From positions 5,208,001-5,272,000 of the forward strand of contig CM102287.1 of NCBI GenBank assembly GCA_046563655.1: 64,000 nucleotides of DNA. The letters run 5' to 3'. The DNA is from Yuukianura sp. NJ FZ-2021. Lineage: Eukaryota. The number at the start of each line of letters is the position of its first letter. Position 1 is the first letter of the stretch. The translations under genes and the position numbers were made by a program. Shown piece by piece: positions 40,567 through 50,859 of this stretch. The notes beneath the pieces are model-generated. The model saw nothing but the letters and a program-made list of their open reading frames with translations. It ran no database searches and had not been told where the DNA came from.

Positions 40567-43500
40567 ATGACTACGGGTGACAGTGACATTGGTGTTCTGA
40601 AAGTGACACAAACTGATGATCCAGGAAGTGTCGTTCTAGACAATGACGCTGCCGACATGTACAGATACCCTGCATGGACCATTGTTATTCTAATTGTCAG
40701 TTACTTAATTGTCTTTCTCCTTGGAATTGTTGGAAATGCTTCTGTTGTTTACGTCATTTTGAAAAACCCACAAATTAGTAAAACTGCGACGAATTTGTAC
40801 GTGGCCAATCTGGCTGTAGCGGATTTCCTAGTGGTCACAGTTTGTCTTCTTCCAACGCTTATCTCCAACATATATGTTCGTAAGTCCACATTTACTAAAC
40901 ACTTATTTTCTAAACTACAATTGTGTCAACAATGTAATGAGTTTGCAAAAACATAATGTTACGGTGCGTTATTCCTCGGACGAATAACCGCACCTGAAAA
41001 CGCTCGAATCTCCTCCCAGAACCTGGAGACTCCTAAAGAAATGACCGCTGACCTCTTGACCTCGATCCGTTATTGAGTCAAATCTTTATTAGAACTTGTA
41101 AAAGAAGATTTTACAAGAGAGAAAACTTTGCTCACCCAGAGCTAAACATTGAATGAATCTTACATTCCAGATCTAGTCTGGAGCAAAACATTTTACAGTT
41201 AGACTGTGTGGGTGGAACTGCAATTCCATCCTCACACACAAATCACATACCTAACGGTAAACCACTAATTGAATTAGCCTAGATTCCTACAACTAGGGGA
41301 GAAAAACACAAAAACAAGTAAACAAGTTGTCCTTGAGGGGTCACAAATGTACATTTTACCAGAAATGTAGCTAAAACTACGTGCAAGAAAACCTCTACAT
41401 AACAGTACTCCGGCGGATTTCTTAGTCACGTCCACGTGACTGCTCAGTTGTTATTGTTGTTGTTGTGGACGGCCGCAACGACGTTCACACGGGGATTGGG
41501 AATGTAATTTGGATTCGGTGGGGCTCCGGGTGGGGGCAGAAGGCGAGGTGGTCTTTGGACCAAACAGTCCGCAGCTAAATGGCCTTGGGCCCTACAAGTG
41601 TAGCAGATACGACGACGTGCGTTTTGCTGATTTCCTCTTCCTTGTCCCTGTCCATTCCCACCACCACCACGGCGAACTCCTCGTCTTCCTCTACGAGCTG
41701 TACGAGCTCCTCGACCGTCATTGATGATGATGACGATCTGCCGTCCATTTCGGTATTCTTGCCATTGAGGCATTCCTCGTACTGGCGGCGGGCGAACTCG
41801 CATCAATGCCACTTGGCGCTGACCTCCAGCGTGACCTCGTCGATTTCTGACGACTGGAGCGACGATCGGAGCTTGAATCACGGGAGCTTGAATCACGGGA
41901 GCTTGAATCACGGGAGCTGGAATCACGGGAGCTTGAATCACGGGAGCTGGGGCTGCTACTGCAGGCACCACGGCAGCTTCGTCATCGTCACTATCGTCAG
42001 CAAGATTGATTTCAGCGATTCCCTCTGCTGGTTGCTCCGGCATCTCCACATCATCTTCACCCAGTAACTCCCTCTCTCGATCCATGTTTCCTGAAACATT
42101 ACACAAAGTTAGCAAAATTGCAAACACAAAGTTAAAACAATGATCTTAAACACAAAGTTTAACAAAACAAACTTTAAAATCGTTAAAAAAAAAAACACTA
42201 AGTTTAGAAAAAAATCAAATTTTTACAAAAACAAAGTTTAAAATCGTTTGAAAAATCAAAATGAAAACTAATTAATAAAAAAAACACTAAGTTTTAACAA
42301 AACTTTCCACATAGGAAATTTCTAATTATTAAAAATTCACAAAGAATTTACAAAAAGTCAAACTTACCAACCATGTTCCTTCACTCAGAAGAAGAACGGT
42401 ACCTTATTGGTTTCCGAATGGTTCGGGCTGACCTTCGCACTGGTACTGCAGTTTGCTGGACTTCCTTCTTCTTGGCCTTCTTCACCACAACTGACCGACT
42501 TGGCTGCTGGACATGGACCATTTTAGCAATGTCCCCTTCGTCAGTGGCAGAGTCCGAGTCCACGTTGACACTAAGTCTAACGGGACTTTTCATTGATTCT
42601 GAGGAATTAGCATTCCTCTTCCTTCCAGACTGACTTTGAATTGGAATTTCTAATTCCGATAGCGACGAGCTAGATGAACTAATCTTTCTAGTTCGCTTCT
42701 TTTTCTTAATTTTTGAAGAAACAAATTCTTCATCAGAACTCGAATTGAATTCACTACGAAAGTGAAACAAATCCCTAACATGCACAATAATCGGCTTCCT
42801 ATTACTACCAATCAATTTGATTTGGTAGTTTACTGCCGATGTTTTCTTAGTCACCACATAGGGACCTTTGGTTTGTGCAAGTAAACATTGGGACAAGCCT
42901 TTCTTACGTACTGGCACTGAGCGCAGTACCTTATCGCCAATGTTAAAACCAACATTTTCCTTGTTTCTGTCAAAACGAACTTTTGACCTCTCATGAACTC
43001 TCCTAGAGTTCAAGGCAGCACGGAAGCGAGCAGCTTCCAGATCTCTAGGGAACTCATCCCTACGATCATTTTCAGAGCAACTAGGCAAATCCATGTCAAA
43101 TGGGAGCCTAGCCTCTCGTCCATGCACTAAGTAAAATGGCGAAAACTCTGTAGTCTCTTGCCTACTCACATTATAGGCAAATGTTGCCGATGCTAAACAA
43201 TCATCCCAGTTGTCCTGACTAGGATTAGCATATTTGGCAATTATTTTCTTCAAGGTCTGATTACATCGCTCAGTCATTCCGTTAGACTGAGGATGAAAAG
43301 GAGACGTGAAGTTGACCTTGAACTTCAGCTCCTCTTTTGCCTGTTTCACTAAGTCGGCAATGAACTGACGACCTTGGTCACAAACAAATTCTTTAGGTAA
43401 CGAATGCCTAAGAATTATCTTATCTTTTATATTAGCTACGACGCACTCAGCGGTAGCGTGGGTGACTGCTACAGACTCAACGTAGCGGGAGAAGTGATCA

Positions 43501-46500
43501 ATAAATATGAGCGCATATTTATTCTCCCTGTCCTTGGACTTCACCATTGGGCCAATAAAGTCAATGCCCACTCTCTCAAATGGGGTCGTGACCTCGTCAA
43601 AGTCTTGCATAAGACCTTGCTCTCGACCTCTACGCACTCTATGTATCTGACAGACCTTACAGCCTAGAACAAATCTACGCACGTCACGATACATTCCCTT
43701 CCAGAAAAAGCGGGATTTCACAGAGCTCCACGTTCTCGTCACGCCAAAATGTCCACTTAGGTCACCTGCGTGTACTGTCTCGAGAACTCGCTTTCTCAGT
43801 CCTTTAGGCACTACTAGCCTCCAAGAGCGACCTTCAGGCTCTAAATTAGCGGAATACAAAATTCCGTCTTTTAATGTGTAATCCTCCATATGACTTATGG
43901 ACGGATTTTTCTTACTTGATCCAGAGGCGCACTCAGCTTGCTCAATGGACTCAATGACCTTCCTTATCCATGGGTCTTGACCTTGACTCTCTTTCCAGTC
44001 CACCCCGTCTAGCACCAAGCATTCTGAGGAATCCATTGCCTCTGGTGGATCTACTGGAAACCTTGACAAGGGGTCAACGTCATTCGCGACCTTTCCAGCC
44101 CTATGGACGATGGTCATGTCCTGTGCCTGCAACACAAAGGACCATCTCGCAAGACGACCATTGGGGTCCTTCACAGAGAAGAGCCACTTCAACGCACTAT
44201 GGTCTGTCACTACGGTAAAATGAGTACCGTACACATAGGGTCGGAACTTCTGTACAGCGTACACAACAGCCAAGCATTCCAACTCGCTAGAGGTGTACCT
44301 CTTTTCAATGTCCGTCATTGCTCTGCTAGCATAGGCAATGACCCGTGGTTGACCTTCCTGGATTTGCACTAAGCTTGCTCCAAGGCCAAATCCACTTCCA
44401 TCACAATGGATCTCAAATGGAATTCCCTCCATAGGAAATGCCAAAATTGGACTAGTCACTAAGGCTAGTTTCAACTTTTCAAAGGCTTCATTTTGCTCAG
44501 CTCCCCACACAAAGTCCTGATCTTTTCTTAAAAGAAAATTCAGTGGAGCAGCAATCTTTCCAAAACCTTTAATGAATCTTCGGTAGTACCCACACATGTT
44601 CACAAAAGAACGAATGTGTGTTGGAGTTTTAGGTACAGGAAATTTAGTCACCGCAGACACTTTATCCTGATCTACCTCGACTCCCTCACTGGAAATGACA
44701 TGTCCAAGATACAAAATCTTTGCCAATCCAAATTTACACTTAGAAATTTTCAATGTCAAGTTAGCGTCACGAAAACGACTTAACACTGTCCTGAGGCGCA
44801 ACTGATGTTCCTCAAATGTCTTTCCCCACACAATTACGTCATCCAAATACACTAAGGTGCTCTCCCACTTAAGGTTCGACAGCACAACGTCCATTAGGTA
44901 TTGGAAACTAGAAGGACTGTTACAGAGTCCCATGGGCAGACGTCTAAATTGGTACAGACCATCCGGCGTCACAAAGGCCGTTTTCTCTTGGTCTTTTTCA
45001 TCCACTTCGATTTGATAAAACCCAGATACCAAATCGAGTACAGTGAAGTACCTAGCGCCACCAAGGCGGTCTAGAGCGTCTTCCATTCTCGGTAACGGAT
45101 ACGCATTCTTCTTCGTAATTGCGTTGATCTTCCGGAAGTCAATGCACAACCTTGATGAGCCATCCTTCTTTGGGACTAGCACAACAGGCGCGGCCCACGG
45201 GGAAATTGATTCTTCCACAATTCCCGCATCGCACAAAGCTTGGACCTTTTCCTTGATCTTCCTGCGCTCAACAAATGATGCGCGGTAGGGGTGAGATCTA
45301 ATTGGAGGATGATCTCCCGTCTCTATCTTATGACGAAACAAATTCGTCTTCCCCACTTTTGATTCGTCAGTCACAAAGACATCAGAAAATTCTTTCACTA
45401 ATTTGAGGACTTCAGTCTTCTCACTTAGAGTAAGATCCTCCCCCAAATCAATTTTAAAGTCATCCTGACTTTGCTTAGGCTGGACCGTTCCCATAGTACC
45501 ATCATGATCACTTAGAAGCATGACGCTGGCTCCCTTTGCACAAGGCGAACCAAATACAATTGTACTATTTCTGGGAAGTCTCACCTTCCCTTTATTCAGA
45601 TTAGTAATCCAAATATCCGTCTTACCATCTCTAATCACAGCGTACACATAGGGCTGGATTACGTTATGTTCAAACTGTAAGTTTCTGTTCGGAGACAGGA
45701 TCACTGAACCAGAAACTATGTCAGGGCAATGAACTGTTACCCTGTGTGCTTCCCTCGGTGGAAGTACAACAGTTTGCAACAAACAAAAGTTCCACATAGG
45801 ACTAGGCTCCTCCTCTTTTTCTGACACATAGTCTAGAGGGTTACCTATAGGCTTGTCACTTAGACTTGACCTTGAACTTTGCTTCGGACTGTCTGACCTG
45901 AATGTCCAATCCGTTCCAAGCAAAATTCTTTCTCTAAAACCTGGCATAACATGGAAACCCCACAAAGTAAGTTTACCATCATATGTCACCATCAACTCCA
46001 CAAAGTTAGTCAATGTTGTTTGTCCTAATGCCGTTGTCACTAAGAGCGGCGGTACCGTGTACTCCTTGTGTACAGCCTCCTTCACCTCCAGCAAAAACTC
46101 TGGACTAACAACACTAATGTTAGACCCCTCATCCACCCTCACAGAATAGGCTTTGCTACAGATAACAAATTCTGTAGTAATCCGGGGCCCTATTCGTTTA
46201 TGGCGGAAGGTTGCTGGGAGTGAATGACCTTCAACACAAGTCATCTCATTAACATCCACAGAGGATGTTGACTTCACCTTGGCTTGACTTTCAAGCTTAG
46301 AGGTTGATACCAGGCACGAGGCTGGTAATGACCTCCCTTGACCTTGCTTAGAACACGTAGTTCTAATTAACCTAATTTGCTTATCTTTCTTCTCCACTGC
46401 ACTGTCAAGCACAAAGCAAGACACAGGAGAAGAATTTACTACACTGAGTTCTGTAAGAAACTGATTCTTACCAACTGCGGAGTTTTTCAGGTGACCCCGT

Positions 46501-49500
46501 TTCACCTTTCTCAATCGTTTTTTGACTTAACGATTTCCTCTGCCGTCTCAGCGGCAACGCCATAGACAGAAGACGACGGTTTCGGCTTCCTGTCTGGACA
46601 ATCCCTTATGAAATGATCATCCTTACGACAACCATAACACAACTTTTTAGCCGGCTTCTTAGCCGTGTCACTCGAATCACTAAGGTTCGATGACCTTGAG
46701 GAACTCGATTCCTCCTTTGGCTTACCCACGGAGGGATTTTTGCTGACCCACTTAGGTTTATCAGCCTTATCCGGCTTGTCCATTTTTCGCAACTTTTGCA
46801 AAAATTCAGTCGGATTTTTCGGTTCTGCGCAGTACATAATGTTGCGCAGCGTGTCGGGAAGCCCTTTGGTCAACTTTTCGACCTGCTTCTTGTCCGACAT
46901 GTTCGGATCCAGCATCACAAAGATGCTCAACTTTTTGCTGACGTACTCCCCAGCGGAGCTACAATCAACAAACTTAATGGCACTGGCAGCCTTTTTCGCT
47001 TCCTTACGAACCGACTCAGGTTCGTAAAACGATTTTAATTGTTGTTTCAACAATTCCCACTTCTGATCCTTATTAGCGTCACTGAGATCGCTAATATACT
47101 TGATCTGCGCAAATTTCCACCAATCCTGTGCTTCACCTTCCAGAAGCAAATGGAAATTTAGGAGCAATAACCTGGAGTCAACTTGCTTTGTCTCCAGCGC
47201 AGCATCACATCTCACACAGAAAAGGTCGACATTCGATTTCCCATCGAATTTAGGAATTGACCTAATGACACTCTTTACATCGCTGGACATGACAGTCGCA
47301 GCGTTAGTGCCTTTACTGGTACCAGTTGCCATCACAAAGTACAACTTCCCTTTTGGCACTCAAACGAAATCTTTAGACAATAACCTTACGTGAGTTCCAG
47401 AACGTATGCCCCCAATCACGAAGTTCGAAGACTAGTTCCGTTTGCTCGTCCACCAAATGTTACGGTGCGTTATTCCTCGGACGAATAACCGCACCAGAAA
47501 TCGCTCGAATCTCCTCCCAGAACCTGGAGACTCCTAAAGAAATGACCGCTGACCTCTTGACCTCGATCCGTTATTGAGTCAAATCTTTATTAGAACTTGT
47601 AAAAGAAGATTTTACAAGAGAGAAAACTTTGCTCACCCAGAGCTAAACATTGAATGAATCTTACATTCCAGATCTAGTCTGGAGCAAAACATTTTACAGT
47701 TAGACTGTGTGGGTGGAACTGCAATTCCATCCTCACACACAAATCACATACCTAACGGTAAACCACTAATTGAATTAGCCTAGATTCCTACAACTAGGGG
47801 AGAAAAACACAAAAACAAGTAAACAAGTTGTCCTTGAGGGGTCACAAATGTACATTTTACCAGAAATGTAGCTAAAACTACGTGCAAGAAAACCTCTACA
47901 TAACAATAAATTGAAATTTTTTGTCAATCAGAAAATTTTTGTCACAAATTGCTCACAAAAAAAATTTGACCTCCTTTTCTTTAGCAATTTGAGTGAATTT
48001 TGAGATGTTGTTTCTAAAATTGGACATTTTTTTTAGAATTTCGGTTTCTAGAAGTTTCAAATCTAGCATGCCTTAACTTTTCTATTTTAACCGCACATGC
48101 AATCAACATCAAAAGTTAAAGTTTACCAGATTGGTGAAGGGTTAATGGAAAAGTATTTTAAGGAAGAAACGTCAAGTTACGAAGTGTAAAAGTAGAACTG
48201 AATAAGCGACGCTTCGTTGAATAATTCGTAAGTAAACTGTCACAAACATTTCTTCACAGTACGAAAAGCTTCACACCAATTTTATACCATCATAACTTAA
48301 TACACAACACAACCTAAATTAAATTTCCTCAAATTCGGAATAAAAAGACAAATTTTTTGGCAAATTGAATTCTTTCCAAACGTAATAAACAATTTTTATG
48401 AGAATCTTGCCAATTGGTAAAGATGCAAATTCAAACAGGATGCATTACGTTCCTATCAGGAAGCAACAAAATCACACTTATTGTTAACCTAAACAAATTC
48501 TCCAAACCGACAAAATTTTTTCAGTCTAAAAAGTTAACATAATTTAATAATCTAACTTAATTTTTGAAAGCTTGGATCCTGGGATGGTTTCTATGCAAAA
48601 CTGTGCCATACGTCCAAGGCGTCTCTGTCTGTGCATCTGTATACTCACTTGTTGCCATTTCCATGGATCGGTAAGCTTTCTCAAAGCATAACCTAACTAC
48701 CGTAACCTAAGCAACCTAATTACTCTAACCTAAGCAGCCTAACCAGCCTAGGTAATCCTACCAGCTTAATGGTGTCCTAATGAACTTAAAACCTAATTTT
48801 GCCAACTCACTGGAACTGCATCATATTTCGACAAGAACAAATTTGATTAAACACTCCCAGCACGAAAACTAATTAAAGATGGTCTTCGTCCGTACATGTG
48901 CAGAATACAAAGTTAGTTCGAAAAGAGAAATCTCTGAAAAGTTAATTCAGGGTGAAATTAGTAGGCGGGATTCCTTTCTTTCTCAAAAAAAGATTCAATA
49001 GTTCACAAAACTCAATAACTTTTAGAATATTTTGAAAATTTCAGTTCACAACGCCAAGTTTCCAAATTAATTCCAGGAAATCTCTAGGCTACGTACTTTC
49101 ACTTTCTTTCACTTTTACAATTTGCTTGCCCTCACTTCAACGAGTACGTCTTTTTTACACTTGTCAAAACAAAATGAAAGAAAAACTGGTGTAGCGGTTA
49201 ACTTAAATTAAACTTTCATGTAAGATTTCAAAGGAAAATAGTCCGAAGGAATTCCAATTTCAAAAATGGTACACTCTGCACCACTTTCTTTTTAAAAGTG
49301 TGTTTTCGCTAGACTAGCCTTTTGAAAATTCTTGTAAAGCTGAGCTTAGTAGTAACACGCGCCGCAAAACCAACAACGTCACGTTTGGCTTTTGATGACT
49401 CCCACTAAATATCCAGGAGGCATAAAAACTTAAACGTAACATAGCAATGTTCTTATCGTTAACTTTCTGTGGGTTGGATTGAACAAGTTTTGAAATTGAA

Positions 49501-50859
49501 CCACTAATTTTCCAATTAGCTCTAAACGTGTATTTTCCAAAATTCTGTAGAAGTTTCGAATTTTTTTTGTAGTTGTCGTAGTCTAAAACGACAAAAGTTG
49601 TTGCGCATTCCAAGTAACTTCAAATTCTAAAGCTGAAGTGAAGACGTTGATTAAAACGGAAGCGTTCAGAGTATGTCTTTGATCAAACGATTCCGTGACT
49701 TGCGTAGCTCGTTGTTAGACACAAATGAAGATTGAAAGGCTTGTCCAGAAATTTAGAAAAGGAAGAAGTACCCAGTAAAGCACAAATTCAAAGAGTCCGT
49801 GATTCTAACCAATTGATTCAAGCATTTCTTCAAATCAAAGGTTAGGTTAAGGCACAACCTTACAGGAGCCTTTGAATTCTCAAGTGACTGAAATAGATTG
49901 AGATCTTGAGATGAAGTGAAACGCCTAAATCCCAAAATACACAGAACGTGCCTGACGTTAATTTTTGAAATTGCTTGTTCTCGTCTACCCCTCAGGCTAG
50001 AATGACACAACTAAGGCTGTAGGTCATAAGGTGAAATGCTGAAAACCTAACTTAAATCTTAACCACTATGGCAACCTAAACTTAATCCTGACGTATAACA
50101 TGTATAACGTAACTGACTAATGTTATTACATGTATTACTTTCACTTTTATCCGCAGATTTATAACAATTTGGTTTCCACTGCGCTGTCAAGCCGAGAAAA
50201 TTCACACGCAAATTGTGATCCTTGGAATATGGATTTTCGCCTGTCTTCTGATGCTTCCTTGGGCTTTCTTCTTCAACATCACCCGATCATATCCCGATCA
50301 TCCCCAGATCGAATTCTGTATTGAAATGTGGCCGTCCTACTTGAATCCAAACGTTTACTTCATCGTTGCCAACCTGTTCGTATGTTACCTCCTGCCACTG
50401 TCCCTCGTGTCCATGTGCTACTTCTTCATTTGGTTGCGTGTTTGGCGCAGATTTTCTCCATCTGACTCCGAGTCCTTTACGTCTGCACAAGTATCTCACA
50501 TGGAACTGGTTCATCAGCGAGCCAAAGTCAGCGTTCTCAAGATGATTCTGGTTGTGATCTTTGCGTTTATGATCTGTTGGCTTCCACTTTACGCAATTTT
50601 CATCAGGGTCAAACTAGGTGGACCATTGAGTGCATCGGAAGAGGAAGTTGTGGCCTTCGTTACACCGATTGCACAGTGGCTCGGATCGTGCAGTTCTTGC
50701 ATCAACCCAGTTTTGTATGGATTTCTTAATGCTAAATTTCGATGCGTGTTTTTGACAATGTTGAGACGTTTGCGGAGGCCACGACACCAACATTTTGTAA
50801 TTGACTATAAAAAACCAATTGTCATCAGACACTCTTCAGTCGTGAGAGCTTCACTGTAG
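40567..50859 (+). CDS. SIFamide receptor-like rhodopsin-family neuropeptide GPCR, ~371 aa
   Basis: Exons 40567-40879, 48571-48670, 50157-50859 join in frame. GN (TM1), NLAVAD (TM2), [53 protein letters not shown]. Confidence 0.88.
40957..41404 (-). repeat. 3' LTR
   Basis: Matches 47458-47905 except for two substitutions seen (40995, 41000); AATAAA on the minus strand at 41090-41085. Confidence 0.97.
41444..42374 (-). CDS. Retrotransposon ORF3: acidic / PVIQA-repeat / Arg-Gly-rich / CCHC-knuckle protein (not env)
   Basis: Main exon 42090-41444 after aatgtttcag|, ATG at 42085 (213 aa); optional micro-exon ATG GTT G|gtaagt at 42374-42368 joins in frame. Knuckle [14 protein letters not shown]; 15-bp tandem repeats at ~41868-41950. 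Confidence 0.75.
42381..46514 (-). CDS. pol: Pol polyprotein (protease, RT, RNase H, integrase)
   Basis: Uninterrupted 1377-aa frame: VDEGS and ILLGTDW (PR), RLCIDFR and YLDD (RT), [17 protein letters not shown] (RH), H-x6-H...C-x2-C, GIDFIGP, DQGRQF, SNGMTER, GPY (IN). Confidence 0.96.
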   Translation of the reverse strand: MRKVKRGHLKNSAVGKNQFLTELSVVNSSPVSCFVLDSAVEKKDKQIRLIRTTCSKQGQGRSLPASCLVSTSKLESQAKVKSTSSVDVNEMTCVEGHSLPATFRHKRIGPRITTEFVICSKAYSVRVDEGSNISVVSPEFLLEVKEAVHKEYTVPPLLVTTALGQTTLTNFVELMVTYDGKLTLWGFHVMPGFRERILLGTDWTFRSDSPKQSSRSSLSDKPIGNPLDYVSEKEEEPSPMWNFCLLQTVVLPPREAHRVTVHCPDIVSGSVILSPNRNLQFEHNVIQPYVYAVIRDGKTDIWITNLNKGKVRLPRNSTIVFGSPCAKGASVMLLSDHDGTMGTVQPKQSQDDFKIDLGEDLTLSEKTEVLKLVKEFSDVFVTDESKVGKTNLFRHKIETGDHPPIRSHPYRASFVERRKIKEKVQALCDAGIVEESISPWAAPVVLVPKKDGSSRLCIDFRKINAITKKNAYPLPRMEDALDRLGGARYFTVLDLVSGFYQIEVDEKDQEKTAFVTPDGLYQFRRLPMGLCNSPSSFQYLMDVVLSNLKWESTLVYLDDVIVWGKTFEEHQLRLRTVLSRFRDANLTLKISKCKFGLAKILYLGHVISSEGVEVDQDKVSAVTKFPVPKTPTHIRSFVNMCGYYRRFIKGFGKIAAPLNFLLRKDQDFVWGAEQNEAFEKLKLALVTSPILAFPMEGIPFEIHCDGSGFGLGASLVQIQEGQPRVIAYASRAMTDIEKRYTSSELECLAVVYAVQKFRPYVYGTHFTVVTDHSALKWLFSVKDPNGRLARWSFVLQAQDMTIVHRAGKVANDVDPLSRFPVDPPEAMDSSECLVLDGVDWKESQGQDPWIRKVIESIEQAECASGSSKKNPSISHMEDYTLKDGILYSANLEPEGRSWRLVVPKGLRKRVLETVHAGDLSGHFGVTRTWSSVKSRFFWKGMYRDVRRFVLGCKVCQIHRVRRGREQGLMQDFDEVTTPFERVGIDFIGPMVKSKDRENKYALIFIDHFSRYVESVAVTHATAECVVANIKDKIILRHSLPKEFVCDQGRQFIADLVKQAKEELKFKVNFTSPFHPQSNGMTERCNQTLKKIIAKYANPSQDNWDDCLASATFAYNVSRQETTEFSPFYLVHGREARLPFDMDLPSCSENDRRDEFPRDLEAARFRAALNSRRVHERSKVRFDRNKENVGFNIGDKVLRSVPVRKKGLSQCLLAQTKGPYVVTKKTSAVNYQIKLIGSNRKPIIVHVRDLFHFRSEFNSSSDEEFVSSKIKKKKRTRKISSSSSSLSELEIPIQSQSGRKRNANSSESMKSPVRLSVNVDSDSATDEGDIAKMVHVQQPSRSVVVKKAKKKEVQQTAVPVRRSARTIRKPIRYRSSSE
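46478..46523 (-). promoter_or_regulatory. -1 programmed ribosomal frameshift signal (gag-pol)
   Basis: Slippery A AAA AAC (46523-46517) just before the gag stop; -1 slip enters the pol frame; followed by AGGUGA-AA-CGGGG-UCACCU-GAAAAA-CUCCG. Confidence 0.8.
46511..47332 (-). CDS. gag: Gag (capsid + CCHC nucleocapsid), 273 aa from first ATG
   Basis: [21 protein letters not shown] capsid-like motifs; [14 protein letters not shown] knuckle. Confidence 0.93.
   Translation of the reverse strand: MATGTSKGTNAATVMSSDVKSVIRSIPKFDGKSNVDLFCVRCDAALETKQVDSRLLLLNFHLLLEGEAQDWWKFAQIKYISDLSDANKDQKWELLKQQLKSFYEPESVRKEAKKAASAIKFVDCSSAGEYVSKKLSIFVMLDPNMSDKKQVEKLTKGLPDTLRNIMYCAEPKNPTEFLQKLRKMDKPDKADKPKWVSKNPSVGKPKEESSSSRSSNLSDSSDTAKKPAKKLCYGCRKDDHFIRDCPDRKPKPSSSVYGVAAETAEEIVKSKND
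47458..47905 (-). repeat. 5' LTR
   Basis: Direct repeat of 40957-41404; followed on the minus strand by TT and the PBS. Confidence 0.97.

Larger units (their letters stand above)
40957..47905 (-). mobile_element. Full-length Ty3/gypsy LTR retrotransposon in GPCR intron 1
   Basis: 448-bp LTRs with TGTTA...TAACA ends, 4-bp TSD ATAA (40953-40956, 47906-47909), PBS TGGTGGACGAG (47455-47445), intact gag and PR-RT-RH-IN pol, plus a third ORF. Confidence 0.97.

Noticed and set aside
41444..42127. ORF3 as an envelope gene
   Set aside because: No signal peptide after the splice acceptor, no transmembrane segment, no fusion-protein Cys pattern.
47445..47500. Self-priming through U5 hairpin (TTCGTCC) pairing with the PBS
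   Set aside because: Only ~7 nt of complementarity, not at a plausible transcript 5' end, and the PBS starts with TGG as expected for tRNA priming.
48690..48800. Telomeric TTAGG array
   Set aside because: Short, degenerate AACCTAA-type repeats like those scattered across the window; not a true array.
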